A DNA stretch of 32,000 bases, taken from contig NZ_JACHLI010000035.1 in the NCBI RefSeq assembly GCF_014204515.1, positions 44,454-76,453 on the forward strand. The letters are read 5' to 3'. This document shows, piece by piece, positions 1 to 10,438 of this stretch. The stretch comes from Pseudomonas nitroreducens (lineage in GTDB: Bacteria > Pseudomonadota > Gammaproteobacteria > Pseudomonadales > Pseudomonadaceae). Within the stretch, counting starts at the first letter, position 1; each line of letters starts with the position of its first letter. The notes under the pieces were generated by a model. The model saw only the letters and a list, made by a program, of their open reading frames with translations. It had not been told where the DNA came from and ran no database searches. The translations under genes and the position numbers were made by a program.

Positions 1-1205
1 CCGTCGAGCACTGGAGCGGCGCGGCGAAAACCATCGCCCGGCTGTGTACCCAGCTGGAGATCAAGACCGTCCACGTCAATGAGGAATACGGCATCAACGA
101 GGCGCGCCGCGACGCCGAGGTCGAGATGGCCCTGGAACAGGAAGGCGTGCGTTTTCGCAGCCACCTCGACCAGTTGTTCTTTACCCCCGGCACCATCCTC
201 ACCAAGGGCGGCACCTACTTCCAGGTCTACAGCCAGTTCCGCAAGGTCTGCTACGAGCGCCTGAACCTCGGCGTTCCCGCGCTGCTGCCGGCGCCGCCGC
301 GCCAGCAGCGACCGGATGTCGACAGCGATCCGCTGCCCACCAAGGTGAAGGGGTTCGAGACGCCCCCGGACACGCTGCGCGAGGAATGGCCTGCCGGCGA
401 GGAGGCCGCCCACGAGCGCATCGAACTGTTCGTCGACGAAATCCTCAAGACCTACCAGGACACCCGCGATCTCCCCGCCCGCGATGGCACCAGCCGCCTC
501 TCGCCGTACCTGGCCGCCGGCGTGCTGTCGCCGCGGCAATGCCTGCACGCGGCGCTGGCGAACAACCATGGCGAGTTCGAGACCGGCAACAGCGGCGCGG
601 TGAGCTGGATCAACGAGCTGCTCTGGCGCGAGTTCTACAAGCACATCCTGGTCGGCTTCCCGCGCGTCAGCCGGCACCGCGCCTTCCGCGAGGACACCGA
701 GAAGCTAAAGTGGCGCCGCTCGCAGAAGGACCTGGAAGACTGGCAGCAGGGCCGCACCGGCTTCCCCCTCATCGACGCCGCCATGCGCCAGCTGCTGGCC
801 ACCGGCTGGATGCACAACCGCCTGCGCATGGTGGTGGCGATGTTCCTCACCAAGAACCTGCTGATCGACTGGCGCGAGGGCGAGCGCTGGTTCATGCAGC
901 ACCTGATCGACGGCGACCTGGCGGCGAACAACGGCGGCTGGCAATGGAGTGCCTCCACCGGCACCGACGCGGCGCCCTACTTCCGTATCTTCAACCCGGT
1001 CTCGCAGTCCGAACGCTTCGACCCGGACGGCCGCTTCATCCGCCGCTGGGTGCCGGAACTGGCAGGCGTGGAGGGCAAGGCCGTGCACGACCCATCGCGC
1101 CTGGGGCTGTTCGGCGTACAGGGTTATCCACAGCCGATGTGCGACCTTTCCGCCACCCGCGGGCGGGCGCTGGAGGCATTCAAGAGCCTCGCCGCCTCTG
1201 TTTGA
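1..1205 (+). CDS. phrB: Deoxyribodipyrimidine (CPD) photolyase, C-terminal ~400 aa; the 5' end lies upstream of the window
   Basis: The reading frame is open from base 3 to the TGA at 1203-1205; the track only shows it from an internal Met at 126. Photolyase/cryptochrome FAD-domain stretches are visible: SRLSPYLAAGVLSPRQ, TGFPLIDAAMRQLLATGWMHNRLRM, DGDLAANNGGWQW, PYFRIFNP. Position matches PAO1 PA4660 as I recall. Confidence 0.9.
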   Translation, partial: VEHWSGAAKTIARLCTQLEIKTVHVNEEYGINEARRDAEVEMALEQEGVRFRSHLDQLFFTPGTILTKGGTYFQVYSQFRKVCYERLNLGVPALLPAPPRQQRPDVDSDPLPTKVKGFETPPDTLREEWPAGEEAAHERIELFVDEILKTYQDTRDLPARDGTSRLSPYLAAGVLSPRQCLHAALANNHGEFETGNSGAVSWINELLWREFYKHILVGFPRVSRHRAFREDTEKLKWRRSQKDLEDWQQGRTGFPLIDAAMRQLLATGWMHNRLRMVVAMFLTKNLLIDWREGERWFMQHLIDGDLAANNGGWQWSASTGTDAAPYFRIFNPVSQSERFDPDGRFIRRWVPELAGVEGKAVHDPSRLGLFGVQGYPQPMCDLSATRGRALEAFKSLAASV

Positions 1206-1225
1206 GCGCCTCTCTGCCAGTGGGC

Positions 1226-1296
1226 GTAGGAGCGGACTTCGTCCGCGATCGGCCCGAACCCCGCTGGAGCTCACCGCGGACGAAGTTGGCTCCTGG
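1226..1296. repeat. Inverted pair of REP-like elements (GTAGGAGCGGACTTCGTCCGCGA type)
   Basis: 1226-1249 gtaggagcggacttcgtccgcgat and 1274-1296 ccgcggacgaagttggctcctgg are near reverse complements. Each contains the GCGGAC-N3-GTCCGC hairpin typical of Pseudomonas REP sequences. They sit in the convergent phrB/pagL intergenic region. Confidence 0.5.
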
Positions 1297-1312
1297 CCAA
1301 GCAACCAGCCAC

Positions 1313-1345
1313 AAAAAAGCCGGGCTCCTGGCCCGGCTTCTTGTC
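1313..1345. terminator. Bidirectional rho-independent terminator between convergent phrB and pagL
   Basis: Stem agccgggc (1318-1325) pairs with gcccggct (1331-1338) around loop tcctg. An A-run lies upstream (1313-1318) and T-rich ttcttgt lies downstream. Confidence 0.6.
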
Positions 1346-1354
1346 AGCGTTCTG

Positions 1355-1876
1355 TTACAGAGGATGCGTGTAATAGAGGCTGTAGGACTCGATACCGTCG
1401 TTCGGCTGGCTGATGCCGGCGTTCGAATAGTGCATGGCACGCAGGCCGATCTTCTGGCCGCCGCCGAACTTCAGGCCCGCGCCGATGCGGTCCTCGAAGT
1501 TGAAGGCGCCACCCAGGTTCTGGTCGCCGACGCGGGAGCCGCTGAACAGCGCCACGCCGATACCGGCCTCGATGAAGGGCTGTACGCGCTCGCCGGAAAA
1601 CTCGTAGACAAACACCGGGCTCAACGAAAGCGAATGACGGCCGCTGGCCTCGTCACCGCCTTCCCAATAGGTGTAACCCGCATCCCAGTAGCCGGTCAGG
1701 CGTCCGCTGGAGCTTTCCCACCAGCTCTTGTCCCAGTTCATGCCCAGGCCCAGGCGATAGGTCATGCCATTCTGGCCGGTGAACCCCACCGCGCCGGTAA
1801 GGTCGGCAGCGTGGGCGCTCAGGCAGGCGCCCAGGGACAGCGCGGCCACGGCGATCAGCGACAGATATCTCTTCAT
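1355..1876 (-). CDS. pagL: Outer-membrane lipid A 3-O-deacylase PagL
   Basis: 173 aa with a signal peptide (MKRYLSLIAVAALSLGACLSAHA). The beta-barrel sequence ends in the block HYSNAGISQPNDGIESYSL, which contains the His/Ser catalytic motif I remember from P. aeruginosa PagL (PA4661). Same position and orientation as in PAO1. Confidence 0.85.
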   Translation of the reverse strand: MKRYLSLIAVAALSLGACLSAHAADLTGAVGFTGQNGMTYRLGLGMNWDKSWWESSSGRLTGYWDAGYTYWEGGDEASGRHSLSLSPVFVYEFSGERVQPFIEAGIGVALFSGSRVGDQNLGGAFNFEDRIGAGLKFGGGQKIGLRAMHYSNAGISQPNDGIESYSLYYTHPL

Positions 1877-1993
1877 CGGGTAAGTCCTTTATTAGAAAGC
1901 TGAATGAAAATTCCCCGCGAATAGCTGGCAATTATAAGACCATTTGTCGGAATACAACGGAAGACAAAAGTCGATAGCTGGCTACTTTTTCTC

Positions 1994-2788
1994 TCAGCCC
2001 GGGTAGAAACTGACCGGTTCGTCAGTGCCCCAGAGTACTGGCAATACGCGTTCAAGGCCTTCGACCGCGCCACTGGTCCAGAACTCAGTTTTTCTTGCCT
2101 GGCCTTGCGCCAGCAACTCGCGAGCCCCCAGCAGCCGCTCCAGCTGGCGGGCCACGGCGGCGCCGGTGTCGATCAGCGAGACCGTGGCCGGGACCATCTC
2201 GCGCAGCAGCGGGCGCAGGAAGGGGTAATGGGTGCAGCCCAGGATCAGCGTGTCGCAACCCTCGGCCAGCAGCGGCGTGACGTAACCCTGCAACAACTCG
2301 CGGGTCTGTGGGCCGGCGAGATCGCCCAGCTCGATGCGCTCCACCAGCCCCGGGCAGGGCTGGGTGATGACCCGCACGTCACTGGCGAAGCGATCCAGCA
2401 AGGCCGCAAAGCGCGCGCTCTTCAGGGTGCCGGTGGTGGCCAGTACGCCGACCACGCCGCTACGCGTGGCCTCGGCCGCCGGCTTCACCGCCGGCTCCAT
2501 GGCCACGATGGGCAGTTGCGGATACAGCTCGCGCAGGTCCGCGGCGGCTGCCGCGGTGGCCGTGTTGCACGCCAGCACCAGCGCCTTGGCGCCACGGGAG
2601 AGCAGGAACTCGGCGATGGCGCGGCAACGCGCGCGGATGTACTCGGGGGTCTTCTCGCCATAAGGCACGTGGCCGCAGTCGGCGAGGTAGATCAGGGATT
2701 CGTGGGGAAGCCGTCCACGGATTTCGTGGAGGACGCTGAGGCCGCCCACGCCGGAGTCGAACACGCCGATGGGCGCGGCTTCAGCCAT
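1994..2788 (-). CDS. murI: Glutamate racemase
   Basis: 264 aa. The N-terminus has [13 protein letters not shown], with LACNTA and GCTHYP catalytic-cysteine motifs. 8-nt overlap with moeB. Confidence 0.95.
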   Translation of the reverse strand: MAEAAPIGVFDSGVGGLSVLHEIRGRLPHESLIYLADCGHVPYGEKTPEYIRARCRAIAEFLLSRGAKALVLACNTATAAAAADLRELYPQLPIVAMEPAVKPAAEATRSGVVGVLATTGTLKSARFAALLDRFASDVRVITQPCPGLVERIELGDLAGPQTRELLQGYVTPLLAEGCDTLILGCTHYPFLRPLLREMVPATVSLIDTGAAVARQLERLLGARELLAQGQARKTEFWTSGAVEGLERVLPVLWGTDEPVSFYPG

Positions 2789-3536
2789 GCGTGGCTCCGC
2801 ACACGGCGCACTGCGGGTCGCGCTTGACCCGCAGTTCGCGGAAGCGCGAACCCAGCGCGTCGATCAGCAGCAGTCGCCCCACCAGCGGCTCGCCGAAACC
2901 GGCCAGCAACTTCAAGGCTTCCAGCGCCTGCAGGCTACCCACCAGCCCCACCAGCGGGCCGACCACGCCGGCCTCGCTGCAGGTCAGTTCGGCTTCGCTG
3001 CCATGGCCGTAGAGGCAGTGGTAGCAGGGGCTGTCCTCGCGGCGCAGATCGAACACCGAGAGCTGCCCTTCCAGGCGGATGGCCGCGCCGCTCACCAGCG
3101 GTTTCTTCGCGGCGACGCAGGCGGCATTCACCGCCTCGCGGGTACCGAAGTTGTCGCAGCAGTCCAGCACCAGGTCCACGGCCGCCACGGCGGCGTCGAG
3201 GGAGTCGGCGTCCAGCGCCTGGCGATGGGCGACCAGTTTCACCTCGGGGTTGATCGCCTGCAGGCGAGCGCTCGCCGAGTCCACCTTGGTCGTGCCGACC
3301 GTGGTGGTGTCGTGGATGATCTGCCGCTGCAGGTTGGTCAGGTCGACGGTGTCGAAGTCCGCCAGGTGCAGTTCGCCGACGCCGGCAGCGGCGAGGTACA
3401 GCGCCACCGGCGCTCCCAAGCCACCAAGGCCGACGATCAGCACGCGGCTGTCCTTCAGGCGCAGCTGGCCGTCGACGTCGATCTGCGACAGCAGGATCTG
3501 CCGGCTGTACCGCAGCAGTTCGTTGTCGCTCAGCAT
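2781..3536 (-). CDS. moeB: Molybdopterin-synthase adenylyltransferase (ThiF/MoeB family)
   Basis: 251 aa with LRYSRQILL, the Rossmann motif [12 protein letters not shown], and two C-terminal CxxC pairs (CYHC, CAVCG). Confidence 0.9.
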   Translation of the reverse strand: MLSDNELLRYSRQILLSQIDVDGQLRLKDSRVLIVGLGGLGAPVALYLAAAGVGELHLADFDTVDLTNLQRQIIHDTTTVGTTKVDSASARLQAINPEVKLVAHRQALDADSLDAAVAAVDLVLDCCDNFGTREAVNAACVAAKKPLVSGAAIRLEGQLSVFDLRREDSPCYHCLYGHGSEAELTCSEAGVVGPLVGLVGSLQALEALKLLAGFGEPLVGRLLLIDALGSRFRELRVKRDPQCAVCGATHG

Positions 3537-4360
3537 GTCCAGCGCCCCAGGCTGATGCGCTCGTGACCGCCCAGGTCGCGGCGGCTTTCCACGGCGCTGA
3601 AGCCACGCCTGAGCAGCAGCTCGCGTACGGCATCGGGCTGGTCGAAGCCGTGTTCGAGCATCAGCCAGCCGCCGTTTTCCAGGTGGTTCGGCGCCTGCTC
3701 GATGATCAGGCGGATGTCGTCCAGCCCATCCTGCCCGGAGACCAGCGCGCTCGAGGGTTCGAAGCGCACGTCGCCCTGCTTGAGGTGCGGGTCGGTGCTG
3801 GGGATGTACGGCGGGTTGCTGACGATCAGCGAAAAACGCTCGCCGTTCACCGCGGAGAACCAGTGGCTGGCGCGGAAGGCGACGTTGCCCAGGCGCAGGC
3901 GTTCGCGGTTGCGTTCGGCCAGGGCCACGGCCTCGGGGATGCGGTCGACGCCCAGCACCTGCCAGCTCAGGCGTTCACACGCCAGCGCAAGGGCGATGGC
4001 ACCGGTGCCAGTCCCCAGGTCGAGCACGCGCGATGGCGAGGCCGGCAGCAGCGCCAGCGCGGTCTCCACCAGCAGCTCGGTGTCCGGGCGCGGGATCAGG
4101 GTGTGCGGCGCAACTTCCAGGTCCAGGCTCCAGAAGCCCTGGCGGCCGAGGATGTAGGCCACCGGCTCGCCGGCTACCCGGCGCGCCAGGTAACGGTCGT
4201 AGAGGTCGTGGGCCTCGCGGCTGACCACGCGCTCGGGCCAGGTGCGCAGGAAGCTGCGCGGCTTGCCCAGGGCGGCGCTGAGCAGCAGCTCGGCATCCAG
4301 GCGCGCGCTGGGCGAGTCCGGCAATTGCGCCTCGTTGAGCAGGGTCATGATGGTTGCCAT
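3530..4360 (-). CDS. prmC: Release-factor glutamine N5-methyltransferase PrmC/HemK
   Basis: Contains the SAM motif VLDLGTGTGAIAL and the NPPY catalytic motif (VSNPPYI). The track ORF extends to 4477, but that extension would overlap prfA. I take the ATG at 4360 (MATIMTLLNEAQ), 29 nt downstream of the prfA stop. Confidence 0.9.
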   Translation of the reverse strand: MATIMTLLNEAQLPDSPSARLDAELLLSAALGKPRSFLRTWPERVVSREAHDLYDRYLARRVAGEPVAYILGRQGFWSLDLEVAPHTLIPRPDTELLVETALALLPASPSRVLDLGTGTGAIALALACERLSWQVLGVDRIPEAVALAERNRERLRLGNVAFRASHWFSAVNGERFSLIVSNPPYIPSTDPHLKQGDVRFEPSSALVSGQDGLDDIRLIIEQAPNHLENGGWLMLEHGFDQPDAVRELLLRRGFSAVESRRDLGGHERISLGRWTC

Positions 4361-4388
4361 GGTCTTTCGCTCTCTCAGTTGCCCGCGC

Positions 4389-5471
4389 TCAATCGCCGAG
4401 CGCGGCCAGCTGGTCGGCCTGGAACTCTTGCAACAACGGCTCGATGACCTGCTCCACCGCGCCTTCCATGACTTCACCCAGGGAATACAGGGTGAGGTTG
4501 ATGCGGTGGTCGGTCACCCGGCCCTGGGGGAAATTGTAGGTGCGGATGCGCTCGGAGCGATCGCCCGAACCGACCAGCAGCTTGCGTGTGCTGGCAATCG
4601 CCTGCTGGGCGGCGGACTGCTGCTGGTCGTTGAGCCGGGCCGCCAGCCAGGCCATGGCCTTGGCGCGGTTCTTGTGCTGCGAACGTTCTTCCTGGCACTC
4701 GACCACGATGCCCGACGGAATGTGCACGATGCGCACCGCCGAGTCGGTCTTGTTCACGTGCTGGCCGCCAGCGCCGGAGGAACGGTAGGTGTCGATGCGC
4801 AGGTCGGCCGGGTTGATCTCGATGGCCGCCTGTTCGTCCGGCTCGGGCAGCACCGCCACAGTGCACGCCGAGGTGTGGATACGGCCCTGGGATTCGGTGG
4901 CCGGCACGCGCTGCACGCGGTGGGCGCCGGACTCGAACTTGAGCTTGGCGTAGACGTTTTCGCCTTCGACTCGGGCGATCACTTCTTTATAGCCGCCGTG
5001 CTCGCCCTCGTTCTCGGACATGACTTCCACGCGCCAGCCCTGTTTCTCGGCATAGCGCGAGTACATGCGGAACAGGTCTCCGGAGAAGATCGCCGCTTCG
5101 TCGCCGCCGGTGCCGGCGCGGATTTCCAGGAAGACGTTGCGCCCGTCGTTGGGGTCCTTGGGCAGCAGCATGCGCTGCAGGCGATCCTCCAGGCCGACCA
5201 GCGCAGTCCTGGCCTCGGCCACCTCTTCCTCGGCCATCTCGCGCAGGTCCGGGTCGCTGTCCTTGAGCAGCGCCTGGGCGCCTTCGAGGTCCGACTGCAC
5301 CTTGCGGAACTCGCGGAAGGCGAGGATCACCGGCTCCACTTCCGCGTATTCGCGGGAGTAGGCGCGGAACCGGGTCTGGTCGCTGATGACTTCGGCGTCG
5401 CCCAGCAGAGCGGTGAGCTCTTCGTAGCGGTCGCTGAGGATATCCAGCTTTTTCAGGAGGGAGGCTTTCAT
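4389..5471 (-). CDS. prfA: Peptide chain release factor 1
   Basis: 360 aa with the GGQ motif ([12 protein letters not shown]) and the PAT tripeptide ([10 protein letters not shown]). ATGA overlap with the hemA stop. Confidence 0.97.
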   Translation of the reverse strand: MKASLLKKLDILSDRYEELTALLGDAEVISDQTRFRAYSREYAEVEPVILAFREFRKVQSDLEGAQALLKDSDPDLREMAEEEVAEARTALVGLEDRLQRMLLPKDPNDGRNVFLEIRAGTGGDEAAIFSGDLFRMYSRYAEKQGWRVEVMSENEGEHGGYKEVIARVEGENVYAKLKFESGAHRVQRVPATESQGRIHTSACTVAVLPEPDEQAAIEINPADLRIDTYRSSGAGGQHVNKTDSAVRIVHIPSGIVVECQEERSQHKNRAKAMAWLAARLNDQQQSAAQQAIASTRKLLVGSGDRSERIRTYNFPQGRVTDHRINLTLYSLGEVMEGAVEQVIEPLLQEFQADQLAALGD

Positions 5472-6736
5472 CGCTTGTCAGTGCCCTCCTCGAGGGCGAA
5501 CAGTTCCTGCGCGACGGCCAGCGCATCGATGCGGCCCTCGGCGGAGAGTTTCTTCATCTGCACGCTGGGCGCGTGCAGCAATTTGTTGGTCAGGCCACGG
5601 CTGAGCTGGGCGATGACTTCCATCGGGTCGGCGCCATTGGCCAGCAGGCGCTGGGCCTTCTGGGTTTCCTCGTCGCGCAGGCGCTCGGCCTGCTGGCGGT
5701 AGGCGCGCAGCACGTCGACCGCGGCCAGCTCGCGCAGACGCTGCATGAACTCGCCGACGCCGTCGCCCACCAGCTCCTCGGCAGCCTGGGCAGCACCCTG
5801 GCGGCTCTTGAGGTTCTCGGCGACCACTTCGTGGAGGTCGTCGACGCTATAGAGGTAGACGTCTTCCAGCTCGCCGACTTCCGGCTCGATGTCGCGCGGT
5901 ACGGCAATGTCGACCATGAACATCGGCTTGTGCCGGCGCTGCTTCAGCGCGCGTTCCACTGCACCCTTGCCGAGGATCGGCAGCTGGCTGGCGGTGGAAC
6001 TGATGACGATGTCACTGTTCACCAGCTCGTCGGGCATGTCCGCCAGCAGGATGGCGCGGGCGCCGAACTGCTCGGCGAGCAGACTGGCGCGCTCCAGGGT
6101 GCGGTTGGCGACGACGATGCGCTTCACGCCCTGCTCGTGCAGATGCCGGGCGACCAGGGTGATGGTCTCGCCGGCGCCGATCAGCAATGCCTGGCTGCGG
6201 CTCAGGTCGCTGAATATCTGCCGGGCCAGGCTGACCGCGGCGAAGGCCACGGACACCGGGTTCTCGCCGATGGCGGTGTCGGTGCGCACGGTCTTGGCGG
6301 TGCTGAAGGTGGCCTGGAACAGCCGGCCGAGCATCGGTCCGACGGTACCGGCCTCGCGCGCCACGGCGTAGGCGGACTTCATCTGGCCGAGGATCTGCGG
6401 CTCGCCCAGCACCATGGAATCCAGGCCGGCGGCGACGCGCATCATGTGGCGCACGGCTTCCTCGTCCTGGTGGACGTAGGCGCAGGCACGCAGGTCGTCG
6501 ATCCCCAGGTTGTGGTAGTCGGCCAGCCAGGCCAGCACGTCGCCGGCGTCCGGGTGCTCGATCTCCAGGTAGAGTTCGCTGCGGTTGCAGGTGGAGAGGA
6601 TCGCGGCCTCACGGCTGGAGGTCAGCCGGCAGAGCAGCTGCAGCGCCTCGACCATCTGCTCGGGAGTAAAGGCCACGCGCTCGCGGACGGCCACGGACGC
6701 GGTCTTGTGGTTGATGCCGAGGGCAATGAAGGCCAT
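5468..6736 (-). CDS. hemA: Glutamyl-tRNA reductase
   Basis: Canonical N-terminus [15 protein letters not shown] starting at the ATG at 6736; the track start at 6769 adds 11 non-conserved aa. Also [10 protein letters not shown] and the NADPH motif LIGAGETI. 422 aa. Confidence 0.95.
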   Translation of the reverse strand: MAFIALGINHKTASVAVRERVAFTPEQMVEALQLLCRLTSSREAAILSTCNRSELYLEIEHPDAGDVLAWLADYHNLGIDDLRACAYVHQDEEAVRHMMRVAAGLDSMVLGEPQILGQMKSAYAVAREAGTVGPMLGRLFQATFSTAKTVRTDTAIGENPVSVAFAAVSLARQIFSDLSRSQALLIGAGETITLVARHLHEQGVKRIVVANRTLERASLLAEQFGARAILLADMPDELVNSDIVISSTASQLPILGKGAVERALKQRRHKPMFMVDIAVPRDIEPEVGELEDVYLYSVDDLHEVVAENLKSRQGAAQAAEELVGDGVGEFMQRLRELAAVDVLRAYRQQAERLRDEETQKAQRLLANGADPMEVIAQLSRGLTNKLLHAPSVQMKKLSAEGRIDALAVAQELFALEEGTDKR

Positions 6737-6923
6737 GCAGAATCGCTGAGCTGATCGGAAAGCCCGCAATTGTCCTACTTAGCCTTGTGAAGGACAACCA
6801 CCCGCGACGGATCGCACACGGCAAATCGACGACAAGGGCAGAAGCGGGACCTGCCCATGGGATTGGCACTTTCCTTATGTCATGATGGTCTCATTTCGCA
6901 GGTCAGGCCCTCGTCCTTCCTCT

Positions 6924-8648
6924 ATGAACAAGTCTCTTGCGCTGCTGACTGCTCTGCTGCTGCTCGGCGGCTGCCAGTCTCTTACACAGAAAAATCCCGA
7001 TGGTGCTTCCGCGGAGAAGGACAAGGCTGCGGCTGCCCAGAAGAACCAGCAGTACGGCTCCTTCAGCGAAGACACGCTGTTCTCGCTGCTGACCGCGGAA
7101 ATCGCCGGCCAGCGCAACCGCTTCGACATCGCCCTGGCGAACTACGTCGAGCAGGCCAGGGAGACCCAGGACCCGGGCGTCGCCGAGCGCGCGTTCCGCA
7201 TCGCCGAGTACCTGGGCGCCGACCAGGAAGCCCTGGACACCTCGCTGATCTGGGCCAAGGCCGCGCCGGACAACCTCGACGCCCAGCGCGCCGCCGCCAT
7301 CCAGCTGGCGCGCACCGGCCAGTACGACGAATCCATGGTTTACATGGAGAAAGTCCTCAACGGCCAGGGCGATACCCACTTCGACTTCCTCGCGCTGTCC
7401 GCCGCCGAGACCGACCCGGACACCCGCGCCGGCCTGCTGCAGAGCTTCGACCGCCTGCTGAAGAAGTACCCCAACAATGGCCAGCTGCTGTTCGGCAAGG
7501 CCCTGCTGCTGCAGCAGGATGGCCGTCCGCAGGAAGCCCTGCACCTGCTGGAGGACAACGCCGCCAGCAAGCACGACGTCGCCCCGCTGCTGCTGCGCGC
7601 GCGCCTGCTGCAGAGCATGAAGCGCAGCGACGAAGCGCTGCCGCTGCTCAAGAACGGCATCAAGGAGCACCCGGACGACAAGCGCGTGCACCTCGCCTAT
7701 GCCCGCCTGCTGGTGGAGCAGAACCGCCTGGAAGACGCCAAGGCGGAGTTCTCCGCGCTGGTCGAGCAGTTCCCCGATGACGACGACCTGCGCTTCTCCC
7801 TGGCCCTGGTCTGCCTCGAAGCCCAGGCCTGGGACGAAGCCAAGGTCTACCTGCAGGAACTGGTCGAGCGCGACAGCCATGTCGATTCCGCGCACTTCAA
7901 CCTGGGCCGCCTGGCCGAGGAGCAGAAGGACAAGGACACCGCGCTCAAGGAATACGCCCTGGTCGGCCCGGGCAACGACTTCCTCCCGGCCCAGCTGCGC
8001 GCCACTGAGATCCTGCTGGACCAGAAGCGCTACGACGATGCCTCGCGCCGCCTCGCCGAAACCCGCGAGCGCCAGCCCGACTACGCCATCCAGCTGTACC
8101 TGATCGAAGCCGAAGGCCTGTCCAACCGCGACCAGGTGGACCGTGCCTGGAGCGTCATCCAGCAAGGCATCAAGCAGTTCCCCGACGATCTCAACCTGCT
8201 CTACACCCGCTCCATGCTCGCCGAGAAGCGCAACGACCTGGCGCAGATGGAGCAGGACCTGCGCCTGATCATCCAGCGCGAGCCGGACAACGCCATGGCG
8301 CTCAACGCGCTGGGCTACACCCTGGCCGACCGCACCACCCGCTACAGCGAAGCCCGCGACCTGATCCAGAAGGCCCATTCGCTGAACCCGGACGACCCCG
8401 CGATCCTCGACAGCCTGGGCTGGGTGAATTACCGCCTGGGCAACCTCAGCGAAGCGGAAACCTACCTGCGCAAGGCGCTGGAACGCTTCCCCGACCACGA
8501 AGTGGCGGCGCACCTGGGCGAAGTGCTCTGGGCCCAGGGCAAGCAGAGCGAAGCGCGCAAGGTCTGGGCCACCGCCCTGCAAAGCCAGCCTGACAGCCCC
8601 GTCCTGCGCGACACCATGCTGCGCCTGACCGGCTCCGGAACCCTCTGA
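6924..8648 (+). CDS. TPR-repeat lipoprotein (PA4667-like)
   Basis: Start chosen at the ATG at 6924, giving the lipoprotein signal MNKSLALLTALLLLGGC. The rest of the protein is repeated TPR-like helical pairs. Divergent from hemA, as in PAO1. Confidence 0.8.
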   Translation: MNKSLALLTALLLLGGCQSLTQKNPDGASAEKDKAAAAQKNQQYGSFSEDTLFSLLTAEIAGQRNRFDIALANYVEQARETQDPGVAERAFRIAEYLGADQEALDTSLIWAKAAPDNLDAQRAAAIQLARTGQYDESMVYMEKVLNGQGDTHFDFLALSAAETDPDTRAGLLQSFDRLLKKYPNNGQLLFGKALLLQQDGRPQEALHLLEDNAASKHDVAPLLLRARLLQSMKRSDEALPLLKNGIKEHPDDKRVHLAYARLLVEQNRLEDAKAEFSALVEQFPDDDDLRFSLALVCLEAQAWDEAKVYLQELVERDSHVDSAHFNLGRLAEEQKDKDTALKEYALVGPGNDFLPAQLRATEILLDQKRYDDASRRLAETRERQPDYAIQLYLIEAEGLSNRDQVDRAWSVIQQGIKQFPDDLNLLYTRSMLAEKRNDLAQMEQDLRLIIQREPDNAMALNALGYTLADRTTRYSEARDLIQKAHSLNPDDPAILDSLGWVNYRLGNLSEAETYLRKALERFPDHEVAAHLGEVLWAQGKQSEARKVWATALQSQPDSPVLRDTMLRLTGSGTL

Positions 8649-8651
8649 TTT

Positions 8652-9293
8652 ATGCGTTTACATCACCTCATCGGCGCCGCGGCGCTGGCCCTGCTCGCCG
8701 GCTGCTCCAGCTTCGGCACCCACGAAGCCCTGGAAGGCCAGGGCAATGCCACCGCCTGGAACGCCCACAAGGCCCGCATCGCAACCCTCGACGGCTGGCA
8801 GATCGACGGCAAGGTCGGCATCCGCGCCCCCAAGGACTCCGGTAGCGGCACCCTGTTCTGGCTGCAGCGCCAGGATTACTACGACATCCGCCTGTCCGGC
8901 CCGCTGGGGCGTGGCGCCGCTCGGCTGACCGGCCGCGAAGGCGCGGTGACCCTGGAAGTCGCCGGGCAAGGCCGCTTTGAAGCCGCCTCCCCCGAGGAGC
9001 TGCTGGAACAGCAGATGGGCTGGCGCCTGCCGGTCTCGCACCTGCTCTGGTGGATTCGCGGCCTGCCCGCGCCCGACAGCAAGAGCCGCCTGACCCTGGA
9101 CGGCGACAGCCGCCTGGCCAAGCTGCAGCAGGACGGCTGGGACGTCGAGTACACCCGCTACAGCGAACAGGACGGCTACTGGCTGCCCGAGCGCCTGAAG
9201 CTGCACGGCCAGGACCTCGACGTCACCCTGGTGGTGAAATCCTGGCAGCCGCGCCAGCTGGGCGCTCAATCGAGCAATGCGGGCCAGCAGTGA
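8652..9293 (+). CDS. lolB: Outer-membrane lipoprotein receptor LolB
   Basis: 213 aa with lipobox LLAGC. Size and position (immediately upstream of ispE) are typical of lolB. Confidence 0.85.
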   Translation: MRLHHLIGAAALALLAGCSSFGTHEALEGQGNATAWNAHKARIATLDGWQIDGKVGIRAPKDSGSGTLFWLQRQDYYDIRLSGPLGRGAARLTGREGAVTLEVAGQGRFEAASPEELLEQQMGWRLPVSHLLWWIRGLPAPDSKSRLTLDGDSRLAKLQQDGWDVEYTRYSEQDGYWLPERLKLHGQDLDVTLVVKSWQPRQLGAQSSNAGQQ

Positions 9294-9294
9294 C

Positions 9295-10143
9295 ATGCAG
9301 GACCGCCTGACCCTGCCGGCGCCGGCCAAGCTCAACCTGTTCCTGCACATCACCGGCCGTCGCGCCGACGGCTACCACGAGCTGCAGACCCTCTTCCAGT
9401 TCCTCGACCACGGCGACGAACTGCAATTCGCCGTTCGCGAAGACGGCGAAATCCGCCTGAACACCGAGATCGACGGCGTTCCCCACGACAGCAACCTGAT
9501 CGTCAAGGCCGCACGCCGGCTGCAGGAGCAATCGGGCTGCAAGCTGGGCGCCGACATCTGGCTGGACAAGCGCCTGCCCATGGGCGGCGGCATCGGTGGC
9601 GGCAGCTCCGACGCCGCCACCACCCTGCTCGCGCTCAATCATCTCTGGCAGCTGGCCTTCAGCGAAGATCGCCTCGCCGCGCTGGGCCTGACGCTGGGCG
9701 CCGACGTCCCGGTGTTCGTGCGTGGCCGCGCGGCATTCGCCGAGGGCGTTGGCGAACAGCTCACGCCGGTGGCGCTGGATGAACCCTGGTTCCTCGTTGT
9801 CGTGCCGCAAGTCTTTGTCTCAACAGCAGAAGTTTTCTCCGATCCCGAGTTGACACGGGATACTCCGCCCATTAAAGTTCGCAGCCTTCTCGGGGTGGAC
9901 GGTCATAACGACTGCCAGCCGGTCGTCGAGAAGCGTTACCCGGATGTACGTAACGCACTGATCCAGCTAGGTAAATTTACCCAAGCGAGATTGACCGGCA
10001 CCGGAGCTTGTGTGTTTGGGAGCTTCCCAAACAAGGGCGATGCTGATAAAGTTCGCCGCCAACTTCCGGCCACTCTGCCGAGTTTCGTAGCTCAGGGGCG
10101 TAACATCTCGATGTTGCACCGCAAGCTGCAAAACCTGGCCTGA
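9295..10143 (+). CDS. ispE: 4-diphosphocytidyl-2-C-methyl-D-erythritol kinase
   Basis: Start chosen at the ATG at 9295, just after the lolB TGA (9291-9293), giving [27 protein letters not shown] kinase motif [14 protein letters not shown]. 282 aa. Confidence 0.9.
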   Translation: MQDRLTLPAPAKLNLFLHITGRRADGYHELQTLFQFLDHGDELQFAVREDGEIRLNTEIDGVPHDSNLIVKAARRLQEQSGCKLGADIWLDKRLPMGGGIGGGSSDAATTLLALNHLWQLAFSEDRLAALGLTLGADVPVFVRGRAAFAEGVGEQLTPVALDEPWFLVVVPQVFVSTAEVFSDPELTRDTPPIKVRSLLGVDGHNDCQPVVEKRYPDVRNALIQLGKFTQARLTGTGACVFGSFPNKGDADKVRRQLPATLPSFVAQGRNISMLHRKLQNLA

Positions 10144-10174
10144 GAAGAAAGCAATGTAATCGGTTGTACGATAC

Positions 10175-10249
10175 AGGGGCGTCGCCAAGCGGTAAGGCAG
10201 CAGGTTTTGATCCTGCCATGCGTTGGTTCGAATCCAGCCGCCCCTGCCA
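10175..10249 (+). tRNA. tRNA-Gln (anticodon UUG), copy 1
   Basis: 75-nt cloverleaf read by hand: acceptor aggggcg/cgcccct, anticodon arm gcagg-ttTTGat-cctgc, T arm gttgg-ttcgaat-ccagc, and an encoded CCA. Confidence 0.95.
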
Positions 10250-10311
10250 TTAACCCACAGGGTTACACGTACAGCGTCAACGAACACATTGCTCCGCAAG
10301 TTGTAAGCTAC

Positions 10312-10386
10312 AGGGGCGTCGCCAAGCGGTAAGGCAGCAGGTTTTGATCCTGCCATGCGTTGGTTCGAATCCAGCCGCCCCTGCCA
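10312..10386 (+). tRNA. tRNA-Gln (anticodon UUG), copy 2, identical to copy 1
   Basis: Base-for-base identical 75 nt, following a 62-nt spacer. Confidence 0.95.
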
Positions 10387-10438
10387 TTTTCTTCTGGCTC
10401 AACCGGGCCTACCCTCAAGCCGACACAGGTACCGCAGC

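Noticed and set aside
386-1903. 505-aa plus-strand ORF, Arg/Pro/Ala-rich, spanning phrB, the intergenic region and pagL
   Set aside because: This is an out-of-frame or antisense shadow ORF, typical of 65% GC DNA. It overlaps two well-supported genes, crosses a terminator and REP elements, and has low-complexity composition.
4242-5702. 486-aa ORF antisense to prfA/hemA. Similar long antisense ORFs occur at 2105-2827, 2769-3566, 3563-4447, 5573-6754, 6903-8582, 8658-9353, 10415-11281, 11972-12712 and 12504-13925
   Set aside because: All are antisense to strongly recognisable housekeeping genes. They lack recognisable motifs and have the Ala/Gly/Arg/Val-rich composition of GC-driven open frames.
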